64,000 bases of DNA, taken from the NCBI GenBank assembly GCA_041661605.1, contig JBAZUE010000002.1, positions 40,010 to 104,009 on the forward strand, in the 5' to 3' direction. The notes under the pieces are model-generated. The model was not told where the DNA came from, ran no database searches, and saw only the letters and a program-made list of their open reading frames with translations. Each line of letters begins with the position of its first letter. Position 1 is the stretch's first letter. This DNA comes from Candidatus Omnitrophota bacterium (GTDB lineage: Bacteria > Omnitrophota > Gorgyraeia > Gygaellales > Profunditerraquicolaceae). Position numbers and translations under genes: made by a program. Shown piece after piece: positions 34,301-40,300 of the stretch.

Positions 34301-37300
34301 AAAAAGCAAATAGTAGTCGCAAATTTGTCTTACGGAGGGGTAGCGGTTACCCCAATCACCGAAGAGAGAAGCGGTAAGGCTTATGTGGTGGGTACTCAGA
34401 TACCGGTTTGGCATACGAAAGTCGGCTCTACTCCCGCGCACAATAATGAATACGTACTGGTTAATGATTTATTCACTCCAGAACAAATAAAGTATTTGGC
34501 CGAAGAAATGCCGTTTGTTTCGGTGGTAGACGGCAGCACTTCCATAGCCGCATCCGACAGGAGCTCTCCGCACATACCCGATGCTTTTAAAGGATACCGT
34601 AACTATTTTATCGTTTTAAACCACGCGCTGGGTGAATCATTTGACCCGAAAGATTTCGACGTTGATGAGGAATTCGTGAAAGGCTTGCTGGCCACCGTTG
34701 AAGCCCAGGAACTTATTAAAAAGATACAGGCTATGTCAATCAAACCGCGTGCCCCTAACGCTTATAAATTCGGTTTTTCTTATGAGCGTAAAGCGGATTC
34801 CCAAAAAGGGGAATTTTTGTATCTGCGCGTGGGTAAAAAAGAAGCTACTGAAGCAAAAAAGCTGAATATCGGTGAAGCTCTAAAACAAGATAATCCTTTC
34901 TGTATGTTCCTTCAATCCTGCGTTCACCCTGATGACGTTGACAAAAAGTTGATGCCCGAAGAATACAAAGCGGGCTATTATGATGATACGAACCACTTTA
35001 AAGAATTCTACCTTGATTATGAAGACGGTTACGGAGTCGTGCTTTCCAAGCGTTACGCCTATGCGGCAAGAGAGCTATTCAGGAGATTTATGCTGCAAAA
35101 AGGAATTAATGTTATGTCCGGCCGTTTTACTACTGATGCCATTCGCCCGATTGATACATTGGTTCTGGACTTAGACGGCACGCTTACCGAAGCCATTGGA
35201 GGGAATATAGAAAACGGGACGGCCGATATTATTAATTATCTATTAAAAAAAGGCGTAAGGATAATTATCATTACTGATGATATTTTGGAGAATGTTGAAA
35301 AAAGAATCGCAAAATTGGACAAATCCGCTAACCTGGTTGTTCTTACCGATGGTGGGGCAAGAGGAGATGAAGGAATGTTTGAGCAATACAACGCACAAAA
35401 TATAATAAGCCCTGATTTAAGAAGCAGGGTCTTAGGTATAGCTCAGGCGAATTTCCCATTCGGCTCGTGGAAAGAAGGAAAGAAAGACTCTCTTTACCGG
35501 ATTCAAATCACGGATATCCAGGAGAGAACCGATTTTATCAAGCGTTTTCAGGATTTACTTGTTCAGGAAGGTATTGAGGCTAAAGTATATAAAGTTGGCA
35601 GGAATTCGGCGCGCGTTACCATTGCGCACAAAGAAGCGGCCTTCGCCGAAGCAATAAAAATGTTTGGTATTGATGTGTCTAAATCGCTGATTATCGCGGA
35701 TTCAGCCCGGTCTTACCGTATTGACCGTAAACTTTTGACTGCTTTTCCGGAAAGCGTAAGCGTTAATATAGGTAAATTCTCCCCTAGTATCGAGAGCGAG
35801 AATCAGAGAATTATTCAATATGCCGGGCAAGGTACAAGCGCAACAAAAATGCTGCTATCGAGTATAGCGTTTAGGGGCGGGCTGCCGCAGCATCTACTGC
35901 TTTCTTCTATGCAAAACCAGCCTTTGGAATATATGGAGGCCGCCAGTTCGCTTACTCAAAGCGCTTCACTAAGTCTATCCAATCTTTTTGAACCGCGGCA
36001 GCTGTCTTCCGCTGGTTCGGCGCTGGAGGAGGTAAATCTTCAAAAGATCTCGGCGGCGCTGGGGAAAATGGAAAAACAGGCTGTTGACGAAAAAGAAATA
36101 TACGGTTTAGCCGCGAGGTTGAAGGAAGCGTTTAAATGGGATGATTACTTCGGGAATTTTACCCCTGAGATGTGGATTGAGCTTTTGCGTTGTAAGGGAG
36201 TTAAAGAATTAAAGGGCTTAGATATAAAGGATGGAATACTAATAAAACAGGGTGATACCGTAAATGACGAACAGGCAATGTTCCTTATTGAAAAAGGAGG
36301 GGTGAGGGTTAGCGAAGATGCGCATGGAATTTGGATCGCGGATTTAGAGGAAGGGAATTATGTCGGAGAAATAGGCGCGGGCTCTTCAAATAGGCTGCGT
36401 ACAGCCACAGTGCGGATAAAAGAGGGGGCGCCGGAAACGAAATTTTTGGCAATACCTATGAGTGTATTTAGTGCCTTGGGGCTATCCAGGGTATTTTCGG
36501 AAATAAGCAGGCAACGCAGCAACCGTCTGAAAAGCAGAGAGAGATTAGCCGAGAAGGATTACACTCGTATATTGAAAAAATATCCGGATACAGAGTATGA
36601 TGAAGATAGCCCTGTAACAAAAGCTTATAACCTGGCATTAAAAATTATCAATCCAAAAGAAAACCCATTATCCGTGGACGTTACTTACCATAATCCTTAC
36701 CATTGGAATGAGTTGCTTGATTTTATCGATATTGTCCTACAGGGTATGGGGGATAATCTAAAGAATAAAAATAGGAAAATTATATTTATGTTGGCAAGGG
36801 TTGCGGCATATTTGCACGACATAGGGTATTATTTATCTAATGACCAAGGGAAGTTTACCGTTGTTGGACACGAAGACAGAAGCAAGGAATTTGTGCGTAA
36901 CAATATGAAAGAGTTAGGGCTTAGCAGCCGCTATGTCAATGCAATTCAGTTTATGATAGAGCATACTAAGCTTAAAATAGGAGAGGAGTTTGAAAATAAA
37001 TTGGGTTTAATAAACCAGGCGTTAGCGGAAATACACAATGGTAAATTATCTGATAAAACAGGGGTTTTTCTTAAAGAAATTTTGCCTGATTTAGACTTGA
37101 ATCTGGATAGTGATCTTGATTTTGCTAACGATGTTTTAATCGCTGCTAAGGCTCTTGCCGTAGCAGACCTGTATGCGGCAACCGTTGATATGGTTCCGTT
37201 TTTGTGGCTTGAATTTACTTTGGAAGGTTCTCCGGCAGGCAAGACGACTATGTTAGAACAAATAGCGGCCTCCCGCGATTTTCATAAAGGCGTTGTTGAA

Positions 37301-40300
37301 CCGCAACGGTTAAAATTGCTTTTAGAGGGAGGTTTCGGGTTAGAAAAGTTAATAATGGATAGTGGCTCGTTAGAGCGGTTAAAGAACGCCAGAGAGAAAA
37401 ATATCGGTATAATGCAGCAGTATGCCGAAGCGGTAAAACAGATAAAGGCAAGTGATACTGCCGAATCAGTTAAAAAAACAGCTGAAACGAATTTAATAAA
37501 TCTTATTAACGGCCTTAATGATGATATGGTTGGTCCGCTTAAAGATGAGTTGCTGGCTGAAGTAAAAACACTTGTTTTAAAAAGCAGCGCTGTTGGCGCG
37601 GGGTCGGCTTTACAAAATCCGGAAACAGGATTAATCGGCAGTAAAACACTTGGAAATTATAAATTTGTTCTGCAAGGCCAGGGCAAAGAAGGATACTTGT
37701 TAAAAATTTTTGGCAAAAGGGGTGTCGCAGGAGAAATAAAATTTAGATTACATGATCTTCCCGATGGCAGAAAAGGAATCTTTGTAGAAAATGTATTTGC
37801 TAACGATACTTATCGCGAAGATTTTAGGAAAGATTTTGAAAAAGGGATATATTCAAATATGCTAAAAGAGATTATAGAAATAGGGGAACAGTATTCCCGT
37901 GATATAAACAAAGTAACCGAAATAACCGGAGCGATAAATAATATAGAGACTCTGCAGGGTCTTTATGGCGCTATTGCCGGCAGTCGTCCAACAGAAGAGC
38001 GAGAAGAGGTTGAAAGGCTAAGTGGTATAGAGAAAAAGAATTATTATGAACATACAGAACCGCTGATTAAGATGTTAAAGAAAGCCATAATTGAAGAGGT
38101 GGGTAGCGAAGAAGGCAGGATGGAGCTTGATAGGAAACTTCCGGATACCCTTTTAGTAAAAGCCAGGTCAGGTGGGGGGTTCTCGGAAAATCACCGTATG
38201 CGGGTAGAGAGAGATCAGATAATCCTTATATCTAACACGCCGGTTCATTCCGCAGGCTCTTCGCTTGAGATGCGTCCAGAAGAAGCCGCTAAATTAATAA
38301 GGGAAGCGGTGCAGGAAAACTATGAAAAATGGGGCCTTTTATCCGAGCGTTTAAAAACAGCAAGGCGTATTTTGGTCCGGGTTCCCGGACGCGATAACCG
38401 TGGCGGCCACGAATTCCCATTAGGGGAGATAGCTGCTACTCTGCCCATATTAATCAAAACGCTGATTATTTCTGGAGAAAGCATCGAAAAGATAATAGTG
38501 CAATGTGATTCTTATCCGGAATTGGTAGAAGCGCTAGGAGAAAATAGGGTCAAATTAGCTGAGCCTAGTAAGACAACCGACGAATTAAGGTCTATTTATT
38601 CCCCGGATTTGGTTATTGATTTTGACACGGTAGCATTGGGTGAGGAGATTCCGGAAAACACAGTAAAGTTCCCAGTGGCAAAATTATGGATGTCTTTAGA
38701 TCGTCATAGGGAAATGCGTGAAATTTTAACTTCAGCAGGATTAAGCATTCCTAAAGAAGGCGAAGCAATTATCAGGAGAGAAAGGGAAAGGGATGGGCAG
38801 ACGACCATATTTGTAAATCCGCATAGTGATAGCAATAAGAATGATAATGTAGATTTGTGGGTAGGGTTAATACAGGAACTTGTTGCAAGGGGGTATAAAG
38901 TAGTACTTAATTCGGGTAAAGAGGCAGGAAAAGACCAGGCACATTCAAAAAATATATTAGAGAAGCTTAGAGAAGAAGTGAGATTGGGGGATGTGAAAGA
39001 ATTTAAAGGGAGTATTACGGATCTTTTAAATACCTTCTCAAAGAAAATAGACGGAGTAGTAACTATAGATAGCGGCATATTCCACGTAGTGCACAATTTG
39101 TATTCCTTACCTGCAGTCGTTTTTACTACGTCGAACACATTAGGTTGGATTCCGCAGGAAAAGGAGGAGTTATTATTTAAGAGGGTTCAATACTCAGATT
39201 TGAAAGATTCTTCTACTGCAGTAGAGTTATTGCGGAGTTTATTAGAGAGAGAAGAAAAAGCAGACGCCAGCTCGCCGGCTGCGCCGGGAGATTCTGTTGT
39301 GCCTCAAGATTCGACTTCGAACCTTAACGTAGTATTATTGTCGAAAATCGAAGATCATATGAGAACGGAATTAAAAAAAATAGATGATGCGATTGATAGG
39401 GAGATAGAGGGCATGCCCTTTGATGATAAACCGCACCGATTGTCCGACAAAATAATGGAACGTTACCGCCTCTTGTTTATCGAATTTTGCGAAATTGGCC
39501 GTGGCATACCGGAATTTGATCACCTATCATATTTAATGCAGGACGGAAAGTTTACTCCGGCAATGGCTATGAACGCATTGCAGGGATTATTCTTAAAAGA
39601 AAACAGGCTTTTGGTATTTTCTATTGGAAGAGATCCTGTTGATGGAAGAATTATAGAAAATATGCCCGCGCTTTCAGTGTTTAAGGTAAAAGAAACGCAA
39701 CTAGTTACAGAAGATATTATAGATAAGCATGTAGATGCATTGGCAATATTTGTTGATGGCTTGATTGTGCAAGATTACGTCACAAGGCGCCGTATGGGAT
39801 TTGAATCTTATCTAGCATTTGCCATACATGGGGTGACCATCGATGGAGCAATACCAGTTGTAGTAAATAAGGGAAGTATTGCTGCTGAACTTAAGCGTTA
39901 CTACGGAATGCGTTTAGAAATGGAAGCTACGGGTCAGCTTCCGGATTTCTATAGAAAGAATATTCCGCTTCTCAATGAGGCGTTGGCAAAACTTTTGATA
40001 AAACAGTGGCCTCAACCAAACAAAGATATCTCCGATTTTATTGCGAAGCATTTGGACGAATATATACGTAGAATTGTATTGCATGAATTAACGCATGTGC
40101 GTATAGCAGGCACGGATGATGATGAAATATTCGCGTATCTTGTTGAGATCGCGCAGACGCCTTATAGCTGGTTAAGGCTATTTGATGTCGTTTATAGTAT
40201 TAGTCCTCCAGTTAGAAGCACGTCGATCGAGCATGATTATGCCTCAAATAATTTTCTGCGTAACTTTATTCAGGGTATTTTCCAAAAGTACGAACCTGGT

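Noticed and set aside
20464-39138. About 20 minus-strand ORFs of 60-260 aa inside the giant gene (for example 20464..20889, 22651..23142, 24850..25368, 32026..32808, 38704..39138)
   Set aside because: All lie antisense to a continuous 22-kb plus-strand frame with coherent motifs. They have low-complexity, Ser/Leu/Phe-rich translations typical of AT-rich antisense noise. The pair 27059..27337 and 34169..34441 look alike only because they fall within the two copies of the internal duplication.
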